Of a stretch of DNA of 42,411 nt, positions 10,545 to 20,671 are shown piece by piece (position 1 is the first letter of the stretch; each line of letters begins with the position of its first letter). This stretch comes from Octopus sinensis (Eukaryota): contig NW_021835100.1 in assembly GCF_006345805.1 (NCBI RefSeq), forward strand, positions 1 to 42,411, written 5' to 3'. A program made the translations under genes and the position numbers. The notes beneath the pieces were generated by a model that saw only the letters and a program-made list of their open reading frames with translations, ran no database searches and was not told the origin of the DNA.

Positions 10545-11560
10545 ATGTGTGTGCGTGTGTGCATGTACGTATGCATGTATATGTATTTGTTAGTATATAT
10601 TTTTGTGTGTATGTATGTGTGTATATATTTATATACACGTTGTATATTCATTTATGTATCATCATCATCATCGTTTAACGTCCGTTCTCTATGCTAGCAT
10701 GGGTTGGACGGTTCGACCGGGGATCTGGGAAGCCAGAAGACTGCCCCAGGCTCCGGTCTTATCTGGCAATGTTTCTACAGCTGGATATGTGCATATGTAG
10801 ATATAAGTGTGTGTGTGTACATGTGTATATGTATTTGTTAGTATATATTTTTGTGTGTATGTATGTGTGTATATATTTATATATACATGTGTATATTCAT
10901 TTATATATGTATGTGCATATGTAGATATAAGTGTGTTTGTGTATGTGTGTACACATGTATATGTATTTGTTAGTATATATTTTTGTGTGTATGTATGTGT
11001 GTATATATTTATATATACATGTGTATATTCATTTATATATGTATGTGCATATGTAGAAATAAGTGTGTTTGTGTGTGTGTGTCATGTATATGTATTGTTA
11101 GTATATATTTTGGGTGTATGTATGTGTGTAATATTAATATAATGTGTATATCATTTATATATGTATGTGCATATGTAGAAATAGTGTGTTTGGGTATGTG
11201 TGTACACAGTATATGTATTTGTTAGTATATATTTTTGTGTGTATATGTGTGTATATATTATATATACATGTGTATATTCATAATATGTATGTGCATATGT
11301 AGAAATAAGTGTGTTTGTGTGTGTTGTACACATGTATATGTATTGTTAGTATATATTTTTGTGTGTATGTGTGTGTATTATTTATATATATGTGTATATT
11401 CATTTATATATGTATGTGCATATGTAGATATAAGTGTGTTTGTGTGTGTGTACACATGTATATGTATTTGTTAGTATATATTTTTGTGTGTATATATTTA
11501 TATACACGTGTGTATTCATTTATGTACGTATGTGCATATGTAGATATAAGTGTGGTGTGT
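10545..11560. repeat. About 120-130-bp tandem repeat built from microsatellite mosaic, about 7 units, interrupted by a family D fragment
   Basis: atgtgcatatgtagatataagtgtg and gtatttgttagtatatatttttgtg recur periodically. Confidence 0.85.
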
Positions 11561-11908
11561 GTATGTATGTATTCACATCCAAATCATGCCATTTGGAAGT
11601 GGTACCTCAGTAGAACCAGATCTTTTCCGATTGTTGGATGGCAGCATATTAAATGCTTCTTAGCAGTTTTTTTTCTTAATTTCCATTCAGGTCTTTCCAT
11701 TCTGTCTTCAAATCCTGCCATAGACACCTTTGCCTTTCATCCTTCCATATTTTCTAAAATAAAACGTCAGCCATACACTGGAACCTATCTAATTGACTAA
11801 ACCCCTTTCACTCAAAGTTCAGGCATTGTGACTGTGTTATAAACAATTATTATTATTATTATTATTATTACTATTATTATTATTATTGTTATTGTTATTA
11901 TTATTATA

Positions 11909-12255
11909 GGCGTAGGAGTGGCTGTGTGGTAAGTAGCTTGCTTACAAACCACATGGTTCAGGGTTCAGTCCCACTGCGTGGCACCTTGGGCAAGTGTCTT
12001 CTACTATAGCCTCAGGCCGACCAAAGCCTTGTGAGTAAATTTGGTAGACGGAAACTGAAAAGAAGCCCGTCATATATATGTATATATATATAGGTGCAGG
12101 AGTGGCTGTGTGGTAAGTAGCTTGCTTACCAACCACATGGTTCAGGGTTCAGTCCCACTGCGTGGCACCTTGGGCAAGTGTCTTCTACTATAGCCTCGGG
12201 CCAACCAGAGCCTTGTGAGTGGATTTGGTAGACGGAAACTGAAAGAAGCCCGTCG

Positions 12256-12286
<31 letters not shown>

Positions 12287-12490
12287 CTGTGTATGTTAGT
12301 GTGTCTGTGTTTGTCCCCCCAACATCACTTGACAACCGATGCTGGTGTGTTTACGTCCCCGTAACTTAGCAGTTCGGCAAAAGAGACCGATAGAATAAGT
12401 ACTAGGCTTACAAAGAATAAGTCCTGGGGTCGATTTGCTCGACTAAAGGTGGTGCTCAAGCATGGCCACAGTCCCATGACTGAAACAATT
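11909..12490 (+). mobile_element. SINE A head half (11909-12085) followed by a full SINE A (12093-12490)
   Basis: Two consecutive ggYgYaggagtggctgtgtggtaagtagc heads. Confidence 0.9.
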
Positions 12491-12499
12491 TTAAAAAAA

Positions 12500-12750
12500 G
12501 GGTGGGGGCAGTTAGCTGGCAGAATCGTTAGCTGTATTTTGTTTGCTGTTACGTTCTGAGTTCAAATTCCAGAGAGAAAGTTGTGGCGAAAAAGTACAGC
12601 AAGGGTCACCACCACCTCCTGCCAGAGCCTCGTGGAGCTTTAGGTGTTTTCGCTCAATAAACACTCAAACGCCCAGTCTGGGAATCGAAACCGCTATCCT
12701 ACAACCGCAAGTTCGCTGCCCTAACCACTGGGCCATTGCGCCTCAACACA
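12500..12750. mobile_element. SINE B head fragment (+) abutting a SINE C fragment (-)
   Basis: agctggcagaatcgttagc...gagttcaaattcc, then gagagaaagttgtggcgaaa...ctaaccactgggccattgcgcctc. Confidence 0.75.
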
Positions 12751-12771
12751 CACACATATATATATATATAC

Positions 12772-12848
12772 ATAAATATATTATATTAAATTAGAGATAA
12801 AACCACTATTAGGCTGGCTTTATCTCTAATTTAATATAATATATTTAT
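12772..12848. repeat. Perfect 30-bp inverted repeat (17-nt loop)
   Basis: ataaatatattatattaaattagagataaa (12772-12801) / tttatctctaatttaatataatatatttat (12819-12848). Confidence 0.95.
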
Positions 12849-12930
12849 ACTATAAAATTGGATTTAATCTTAAATCTAATTTTTCTCTGTAAGTTTGGAT
12901 TTACCCCTAATATTATTATACATACATATA

Positions 12931-12970
<40 letters not shown>

Positions 12971-12979
12971 TACACATAC

Positions 12980-13010
<31 letters not shown>

Positions 13011-13109
13011 CAATATATATATATATATATATATATACACTAACACACGCACATGTGTGTATGCATATAGATGTCAGAAATGAAATATTTCCGCAAATAG
13101 TCTGTAAGG

Positions 13110-13245
13110 TGTCACTCTACAGCAGTGAGCTGGAGCAACATGAAATGGAGTGCCTTGCCCAAGGACTCAACCAACACACTGCCTAGTGTGGAAATCGAAC
13201 CTGCAAGTTTACACTTGAGAGTTCAGCAGCCTAACCATTCCGCCT
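13110..13245 (-). mobile_element. Degenerate tRNA-headed SINE with CORE-like segment
   Basis: Reverse reads ggcggaatggttagg...gcaggttcgatttcc...gtccttgggcaaggcactccatttcatgttgctccagctcac. Confidence 0.55.
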
Positions 13246-13536
13246 GTAGAAAAGCATTACAGCATAAACAAGATAGAACTGAAGTTATTTAAATTTATTA
13301 TTGAACTCTCTTAATTGGGGATGTGAAGGTTAATGTGCAGAATCAGGGTGCGTCAAACAAAAAGCTTTGCAGTATTTGTGATCCTTTATGTTTTGAGTTC
13401 AAATCCCACCGAAGTCGATACAATATGAACCTGTCACGGAGTAGTGTTCAATATACCTGGCTATTCCCTCATTCAATAGTTCTGGTCTTGCATCTGCAGT
13501 AGAATTTGTTATCTCACCTTAATTGATAAAATTAAG

Positions 13537-13740
13537 TTAACCCTTTTGATACCAACCCTGCTGAAACTGGCCCTGGCTCTGTAGTACAAATGTCTTGTTT
13601 TCATAAGTTTTGAATTAAAATCTTCCACCAAACCTTAGTCACAATTTATGTTCCTAACACTAGCTGAATGATTACTAAGTTATTTTACTAAATTCTTTGT
13701 TATATTTCAAATTAATTGAAAGAAACACAGAGCATCTCAA
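13537..13740 (+). mobile_element. piggyBac-type MITE family 2, lacking right end
   Basis: ttaacccttttgatacc... matches the complete copies at 35804-36032 and 36045-36274. Confidence 0.8.
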
Positions 13741-14041
13741 TCAGAATGGTGAACCAGTCTGATTGGCTGATTGGTTGACTGTCCAGTCAGCTGATAGGTT
13801 ATTATCCAATCATCTATTTACATTAGTGTGACATGAAAAAAAATTTGGTTAGTAATTTAGAGTGAACTAGAAATATTTAAGTAACAATAACAATGGTTAT
13901 AATTCTTTCTACGACAGGCACAAGACCTGAACAACAACAACAACAATAATAATGATAATGATAATAATAATAATGACCGAGAACCAATATTGAACTATGT
14001 AAAACAAACATAGGTCTGATATCTCGTGGCTATTGAACATT

Positions 14042-14047
14042 TTTATT
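14042..14047 (-). promoter_or_regulatory. Poly(A) signal of the putative minus-strand gene
   Basis: AATAAA on the minus strand, about 35 nt after the TGA at 14085-14083. Confidence 0.5.
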
Positions 14048-14082
14048 CTCTGAGTCTGTAAAATGGCCCTAATGAAGTTAAT

Positions 14083-14229
14083 TCATAACAAAGCTGTAGC
14101 TTCTGTCTGTAAGTCTTTTAAAAAGAGTTCGGTAAAAAAAATTCCATCATCGGAATCTTCCAGTGGCTTCAACAATTCATAAAACACTGTCCTGACAGTT
14201 CCTGCAGTCTCATTGCTGCCAACCAGGAT
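14083..14229 (-). CDS. Putative last coding exon of an unidentified gene
   Basis: caacag|ATC...: ILVGSNETAGTVRTVFYELLKPLEDSDDGIFFTELFLKDLQTEATALL-stop, then AATAAA; phase 0 matches the donor at 16982. Weak pyrimidine tract; no homolog recognised. Confidence 0.55.
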   Translation of the reverse strand: MLVGSNETAGTVRTVFYELLKPLEDSDDGIFFTELFLKDLQTEATALL

Positions 14230-14240
14230 CTGTTGCTAAC

Positions 14241-14660
14241 ATTTTTATTCCATCTAGTTTCAGCTCACGAGTTGTGGTCATGCTGGGGCACCGCCATTTG
14301 GTGTTGCTACATGATTTTACTTCATGAATGCTTTTTAGCAATTGCCATTTGGTGCATGAGAGAGTTTGATGCAGCTGCCCTCATCTGCACCTCCTGCCGC
14401 GAAGTTGGTTCATCTGGGACACCTGACAGGTAGAGGTCCAGCTTTATTTTGAAGACATCTGCATCCACCCCATGCAGGTCTCTCAGGTCTTTCAGAAGGA
14501 TATTGAAGAGCTGTGGGCCTCTGAAGCCCAGGCTATTGCAGTATCTTGTCCTACATCCTGATGGCAAATTTGGAGTCCTTGGCACTATGCAGTGGCGCCA
14601 TGAGACAGAGTTGTGAAGATGTTGTGGTGTTGATGCTCTCACTTTAAGGACAACCATCAA
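14241..14660 (-). mobile_element. CR1-group LINE, 3' fragment (ORF2 C-terminus plus 3' UTR)
   Basis: NSLGFRGPQLFNILLKDLRDLHGVDADVFKIKLDLYLSGVPDEPT...RAAASNSL, typical of CR1-group ORF2 ends. Confidence 0.8.
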
Positions 14661-14680
14661 CTGTTCCACTAATATCACCT

Positions 14681-14796
14681 TAACCCTTTACCATTTAAAC
14701 AGGCCAGATCCTACCTCTCACATTTACCCAACAATGTCATTATAAAAATAAGCAATCACGTGGCTGAAATCTCAAAGCTACAAAATGCCTGATTAA

Positions 14797-14800
<4 letters not shown>
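14681..14800 (+). mobile_element. piggyBac-type MITE family 1, partial
   Basis: ttaacccttttaccatttaaacaggccagatcc... homologous to 2206-2435. Confidence 0.7.
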
Positions 14801-14829
<29 letters not shown>

Positions 14830-14832
<3 letters not shown>

Positions 14833-15205
14833 AGTGGCTGTGTGGTAAGTAGCTTGTTTACCAACTACATGGTTCCAGGTTCAGTCCCACTGCATGGCAC
14901 CTTGGCCAAGTGTCTTCTACTATAGCCTCGGGCCGACCAAAGCCTTGTGAGTGGATTTGGTAGACGGAAACTGAAAGAAGCCCGTCGTATATATGTATAT
15001 ATATATATGCGTGTGTGCATTTGTGTGTCTGTGTTTGTTCCCCTAGCATTGCTTGACAACCGATGCTGGTGTGTTTATGTCCCCGTTACTTAGCGGTTCG
15101 GCAAAAGGGACCGATAGAATAAGTACTGGACTTACAAAAGAATAATCCCGGGGTCGAGTTGCTCGATTAAAAGCAGTGCTCCAAATGACTGAAACAAGTA
15201 AAAGA

Positions 15206-15207
<2 letters not shown>
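14830..15207 (+). mobile_element. SINE A, near full length
   Basis: Head, internal microsatellite and tail present. Confidence 0.9.
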
Positions 15208-15253
<46 letters not shown>

Positions 15254-15987
15254 GTGTGTGTGAATGAATATATAGTTTTGATTGAGTAATCTGAGTGCTG
15301 AAAAGTTAAACAACTTTCATGTCATTTTGCAGTGAATCCCAGTTTTATAGAATTTCACTTGCAATGCAGTTGTAGACGGCGGGGATCCGTAATGGCTTTG
15401 TAGAACAACCGTACATTCTGGCAGGACTGTCAAATATACCTTTATACCTTTATTAGTTCCAAATTTTCTCGTTTTCATTTGTCAGCTGTTGTTTTTTCGA
15501 TAAGAGTCAAATCGTCTTCATTTTTCAAATGTTTTTATTTATTTTTTTCAAGAATCCTTTATTATTAGAAAAAAACAAGATATCTTCCAAGTGTTTTCCT
15601 GCTTTGAAAACTTAACAAAAAAGTTAAATAAAAAATTTTTAAAAAGCTCAAACCACATTTTATATATTTTTTGCCTTTTTTTTAGTTATTGCTTGTTTTT
15701 CTCTATATTTTCTTATATGTGTATAAATATATATATATATGTCTGTGTGTATGTTTATACACATAATTGTTGGCACTACTTTTTTTTTTAGCAATTTTCC
15801 ATATTTTTCCTTGGTATTCTTGGTTTTATATTTTATGATGTTTCAACTATTTATTTTATTTATTTTATTAAAATCCCCAAAGCTTTTTCTCTTCATTAAT
15901 AACTGCGTTTTGTTATTAATTTTTTTTATTTTTTATTAATCTCTTCAATTCTTATGTTTGATATCATTTCGTGTATTAATATTAATA

Positions 15988-16362
15988 TGTGGTAAGTAGC
16001 TTGCTAACCAACCACTTGGTTCCGGGTTCAGTCCCACTGCGTGGCATCTTGGGCAAGTGTCTTCTGCTATGGCCCCGGGCCGACCAAAGCCTTGTGAGTG
16101 GATTTGGTAGACGGAAACTGAAAGAAGCCTGTCGTATATATGTATATATATATATGTGTGTTTGTGTGTGTGTGTTTGTCCCCCTAGCATTGCTTGACAA
16201 CCGATGCTGGTGTGTTTAGGTCCCTGTAACTTAGCGGTTCGGCAAAAGAGACCGATAGAATAAGTACTGGGCTTACAAAGAATAAGTCCCAGGGTCGATT
16301 TGCTCGACTAAAGGCGGTGCTCCAGGATAGCCGCAGTCAAATGACTGAAACAAGTAAAAGAG
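15988..16362 (+). mobile_element. SINE A, 5'-truncated, inserted in the left copy of a duplicated block
   Basis: Splits aatatta|tataacccc, which is contiguous in the right copy. Confidence 0.88.
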
Positions 16363-16480
16363 TATAACCCCCAATTTAGTTTTGAGTGATATCATCACTT
16401 GTGCACAGCTACAGCTTTTCAGACCTGCACTATTTTGTACAGATGAGGCAATGATGGCCACCTCTGGCAGTAGGTGTTAC

Positions 16481-16878
16481 TCTTTTATTCTTTATTCTTT
16501 TACTTGTTTTAGTCATTTGACAGCATCCATGCTGGAGCACCGCCTTTAGTCGAGCAAGTCGACCCCAGGACTTATTCTTTGTAAGCCCAGTACTTATTCT
16601 ATCGGTCTCTTTTGCTGAACCGCTAAATGACGGCAATGTTAACACACCAGCATCGGTTGCCAAGCAATGCTAGGGGGACAAATACAGACACTCAAACATA
16701 CACACACATATATATATATACATATAGGCGACGGGCTTCTTTTGGTTTCCGTCTACCAAATCCACTCACAAGGCTTTGGTCGGCCCGAAGCTTTAGTAGA
16801 AGACACTCGCCCAAGGTGCCACACAGTGGGACTGAACCCGGAACCATGTGGTTGGTAAGCAAGCTACTTACCACACAG
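16481..16878 (-). mobile_element. SINE A flanked by a 159-bp direct duplication
   Basis: Tail at 16481, head truncated at ccacacag 16878. Confidence 0.9.
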
Positions 16879-16981
16879 ATCATTTCGTGTATTAATATTA
16901 TAACCCCCAATTTAGTTTTGAATGATGTCATCACTTGATTGTTGTCTTAAACATGAACTGCACAGCTACAGCTTTTCATAC

Positions 16982-17154
16982 CTGCACTATTTTGTACAGA
17001 TGAGGCAATGATGGCCACCTCTGGCAGTAGGTGTTACAATATTGTTTTATAGAATCTTTGTTTCCATTCACCTCCTGATGCACACATCCTTCCATACTCC
17101 CTACAAGTAAAGGTGCTATGCAATACTTAGATGCTAAATTCATCTTCGCACCAC
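16982..17154 (-). CDS. Putative penultimate coding exon of the minus-strand gene (alternative acceptor at 17100)
   Basis: Open frame GAKMNLASKYCIAPLLVGSMEGCVHQEVNGNKDSIKQYCNTYCQRWPSLPHLYKIVQ ending CAG|gtatga (phase 0); acceptors tgtgtaag| or ttacttgtag| share the same phase. Confidence 0.55.
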
Positions 17155-17189
17155 CTTACACAGGCAATATATATATATATATTTATATT

Positions 17190-17614
17190 TTCTTTTATTC
17201 TTGTTTTAGTCATTTGACAGCATCCATGCTGGAGCACCTCCTTTAGTCGAGCAAATCTACCCCGGGACTTATTCTTTGTAAGCCTGGTACTTATTCTATC
17301 GGTCTCTTTTGCCAAACCGCTAAGTTACTGGGATGTAAACACACCAACATTGGTTGTCAAGCCATGTTGGGGGGACAAACACAGATACACACACACATAT
17401 ACATATATATACGACGGGCTTCTTTCAGTTTCCGTCTACCAAATCCACTCACTGCCACGCAGTGGGACTGAACCTGGAACCATGTGGTTGGTAAGCAAGC
17501 TACTTACCACACTCTTGTTTCAGTCATTTGACAGCAGCCATGCTGGGGTACTTCCTTTAGTCGAGCAAATCGACCCCAGGACTTATTCTTTGTAAGCCTA
17601 GTTTTTATTCTATC
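17190..17614 (-). mobile_element. SINE A with internal deletion (17190-17510) plus a second 3' fragment (17512-17614)
   Basis: Reverse complement of the family A consensus. Confidence 0.85.
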
Positions 17615-17617
17615 AGA

Positions 17618-18375
17618 TCTATAAGATGTACCCAGTGTAAACTATGGACACATAAGAGGTGCAGCAATATCAAAGGAAGGCTAACTGGGAAGATAGTTTT
17701 TGTATGTGGCAGATGCTCAGGAGCAATAAACACTGAAAATGCACAGAGAACAACTTTTGTCACATTCCAGGGAGAAAAACTAGAAGTAGTTGATAGCTTC
17801 CGTTACCTAGGTAACCAAGTCAGTAGCGGGGCAGGGTGCTCTGAAAGTGTAGCTGCTAGAATAAGAATAGCTTGGGCTAAGTTCAGAGAGCTCTTACCTC
17901 TGCTGGTGACAAAAGGCCTCTCACTCAGAGTAAAAGGTAGACTGTATGACGCATGTGTACGAACAGCCATGGGCCGTGACTGCTGAGGACATGCGTAAGC
18001 TCACAAGGAATGAAGCCAGTATGATCCGATGGATGTGTAATGTCAGTGTGCATACTCGACAGTGTTAGTACCTTGAGAGAAAAGTTGAACCTAAGAAGCG
18101 TCAGCTGTAGTGTGCAAGAGAGACAACTGCGCTAGTATGGCAATGAAGATAGCTGTGTGAAAAAGTGCCACACCCTAGCAGTTGAGGGGACCTGTGGAAG
18201 AGGAAGACCTAGGATGAGGTGGTGAAGCATGACCTTTGAATATTGGACCTCACCGAGGCAATGGCTAGTGACTGGGACCTTTGGAAATATGCTGTGCTTG
18301 AGTAGACTCGACAAGCCAAGTGAGACCATAACCTCGTGGCCCATGCCAGGAGTGTAACCAGTCCACTTATGTGTA
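17618..18375 (+). mobile_element. RTE-clade LINE 3' fragment (Cys/His finger, RT end; frameshifted)
   Basis: IRCTQCKLWTHKRCSNIKGRL...FVCGRC...EKLEVVDSFRYLG...ARIRIAWAKFRELLPLL...RVKGRLYDACVRTAM[deletion]AVTAEDMRKL. Confidence 0.88.
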
Positions 18376-18698
18376 TGTTTCCTCCATTGGAAACAAAAAT
18401 AAACACACACAGACATACATGATGGTCCTCCACACACACAGTTTTCATCTCAGAAATTCATTAAGGGATTGCTAGACCCTTAAAAATAATTTGAAGGGCA
18501 AACACAAGACATTAGTGATGGCGGGGCTGAAACAAGGACAGCCAAGTACCTCTCCAACATGGCATACCTACGTAAGTGTTTCCTCATAACTTTCCAAGAA
18601 ATGGATATTTTTTTAAGTCAAAATGTCTACAGATACCTTTCAGGTGGTGTAGATTACAATTATATCAGAATTCAAGGTGAAAAAACATTTATAAAATA

Positions 18699-19107
18699 TC
18701 GGTTTGAACGGCAGTTTTAAAAATAATTTCTAGGTAGCTAAAAAATGTTCAACTTTGTATACTGGTAGAATGTATTTATAAAACATCTTTTTCTCTTGGC
18801 TTTATTGAGAAAATTCTATAGTTTGTAAGATATTTGTTGTTGTTTTTTCTTCAATTTCTGCAATTTCAACCAATCAATGACGTCTGTTGAGTTGAAAACA
18901 TTCTGTGCCGTATGAATATGTCCGTTGTTTAAGAAACAGATTGGGTTTATTTACATTTGTGAAGGAAAAAAGATACTCTTCCCCCCACCCCTGACCCTAA
19001 CCCTAAAACAGATTGAAATGCAATAGATCGATACTAGGGTCATAATTATGGGTGACAATTTCATATGACACCGCTAGAAAAAACTGCCATTCAAACCGAA
19101 AACATCC
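18699..19107 (+). mobile_element. GGATC-ended MITE, copy 1 (left TIR clipped)
   Basis: tcggtttgaacggcagtttt ... aaaactgccattcaaaccgaaaacatcc. Confidence 0.85.
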
Positions 19108-19336
19108 TACATTCAGATATAATTTTTTCATAATTTCAAGTTTTCATTTTTTTAGTGTCAGAATGTATGGGCAAAGGGTCTTGCTATTGTTTTAAAATTA
19201 CATATTGGAGTTCAGTTAGGGTTGAAGTTAAAGATTAGGATTAGGGCTTATTATTAAGAGTAAGGGTTAGAGGATAATGTGTAGGGCTAGAGGTTTGGGT
19301 GATAGGACACAGTTAGTCACTATTAGAACGTTTTTA

Positions 19337-19748
19337 GGATCTTTTCGGTTTGAACGGCAGTTTTTTCTATTGGTGTCATATGAAATTGTCACCCATAATT
19401 ATGACCCTAGTATCGATCTATTGCATTTCAATGTCTTAGGGTTAGGGGTGCGGGGAAGGGTATCTTTTTTTCTTCACAAATGTAAATAAACCCAATCTGT
19501 TTCTTAAACGAGGGACATATTCATACGGCACAGAATGTTTTTTTTTACCTCAATAGACGTCAGTGATTGGTTGAAATTGCAGAAATTGAAGAGAAAAAAC
19601 AACAAATATCTTACAAACTATAGAATTTTCTCAATAAAGCCAAGAGAAAAAGATGTTTTATAAACACATTCTACCAGTATACGAAGTTTAAAAGTGTTTA
19701 GTTACCTAGAAATTATGTTAAAAACTGCCGTTCAAACCGAAAAAATCC
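19337..19748 (-). mobile_element. GGATC-ended MITE, copy 2
   Basis: 28-bp TIR GGATCTTTTCGGTTTGAACGGCAGTTTT; interior is the reverse complement of copy 1. Confidence 0.9.
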
Positions 19749-20019
19749 GAGTTTTCTTTCTGCAGGCATTTACAGAGAGAGAGAGAGAAGACTTGACTGG
19801 TACTCTTTTTTTTTATTGACCTCGAGTGCAGTGAATTCTGTCCTAAAACAGTCATACCCTAAATCTTATGAAAATTTTGGTTTCAAAGAATAATACTAGT
19901 TAAAAAGAGTTATTCCCCCTGCATTTTCCCCACTTTGGATAAAAGCGAAACTACCCTGCAACGCATTGGTTGTTTTCCTTCGTAGGTCATCTTATTAAGG
20001 CTTAGATATTGGTGTCTTG

Positions 20020-20428
20020 GGATCTTTTCGGTTTGAACGGCAGTTTTTAAAATTAATTTCCACGTAACTAAACACTTTTAAACTTCGTATACTGGTAGAA
20101 TGTGTTTATAAAACATCTTTTTCTCTTGGCTTTATTGAGAAAATTCTAGAGTTTGTAAGATATTTGTTGTTTTTTCTTCTTCAATTTCTGCAATTTCAAC
20201 CAATCAATGACGTCCATTGAGGTAAAAAGCATTCTGTGCAGTATGAATATGTCCCTCGTTTAAGAAACAGAGTTTATTTCCATTTCTGAAGAAAAAAAGA
20301 TATCCTTCCCCCCACCTCTAACCCTAAAACAGATTGAAATGCAATAGATTGATACTAGGGTCATAATTATGGGTGACAATTTCATATGACACCGCTAGAA
20401 AAAACTGCCTTTCAAACCGAAAAAGTCC
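20020..20428 (+). mobile_element. GGATC-ended MITE, copy 3
   Basis: Both TIRs present. Confidence 0.9.
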
Positions 20429-20437
20429 GGGTTCAGT

Positions 20438-20671
20438 CCCAATCTATTTCTTAAACGAGGGACATTCATACGGCACAGAATGTTTTCACCTCAATAGACG
20501 TCATTGATTGGAAGAAAAAAACAACAAATATCTTACAAACTATAGAATTTTCTCAATAAAACCAAGAGAAAAAGATGTTTTATAAACACATTCTACCAGT
20601 ATACGAAGTTTAAAAGTGTTTAGTTATGTGGAAATTATGTTAAAAAACTGCCGGTCAAACCGAAAAGATCC
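20438..20671 (-). mobile_element. GGATC-ended MITE, copy 4 (partial)
   Basis: One TIR ending cgaaaagatcc at 20671; the other end is lost. Confidence 0.85.

Larger units (their letters stand above)
15963..17037. repeat. Direct duplication: 15963-15984 plus 16363-16480 (left) vs 16879-17037 (right)
   Basis: atcatttcgtgtattaatatta...gatggccacctctggcagtaggtgttac occurs twice; the left copy lacks about 21 bp. Confidence 0.92.

Noticed and set aside
13755-13815. CCAAT/E-box cluster as an enhancer
   Set aside because: Short motifs with no independent support.
15340-15450. Extra minus-strand exon between the two putative exons
   Set aside because: The frame compatible with the upstream donor ends in phase 2 at a weak donor and does not fit the phase-0 last exon.
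16455-16474. CTCF-like TGGCCACCTCTGGCAGTA (also at about 17012)
   Set aside because: Needs a 1-nt gap in the core and lies within a probable coding exon.
18480-18575. Plus-strand mini-exon ending TAC|gtaagt (possible alternative integrin tail)
   Set aside because: Phase does not fit the TM exon, no GFFKR, weak acceptor.
19220-19300. Interstitial telomere (TTAGGG-like words)
   Set aside because: Only scattered degenerate words, no tandem array.
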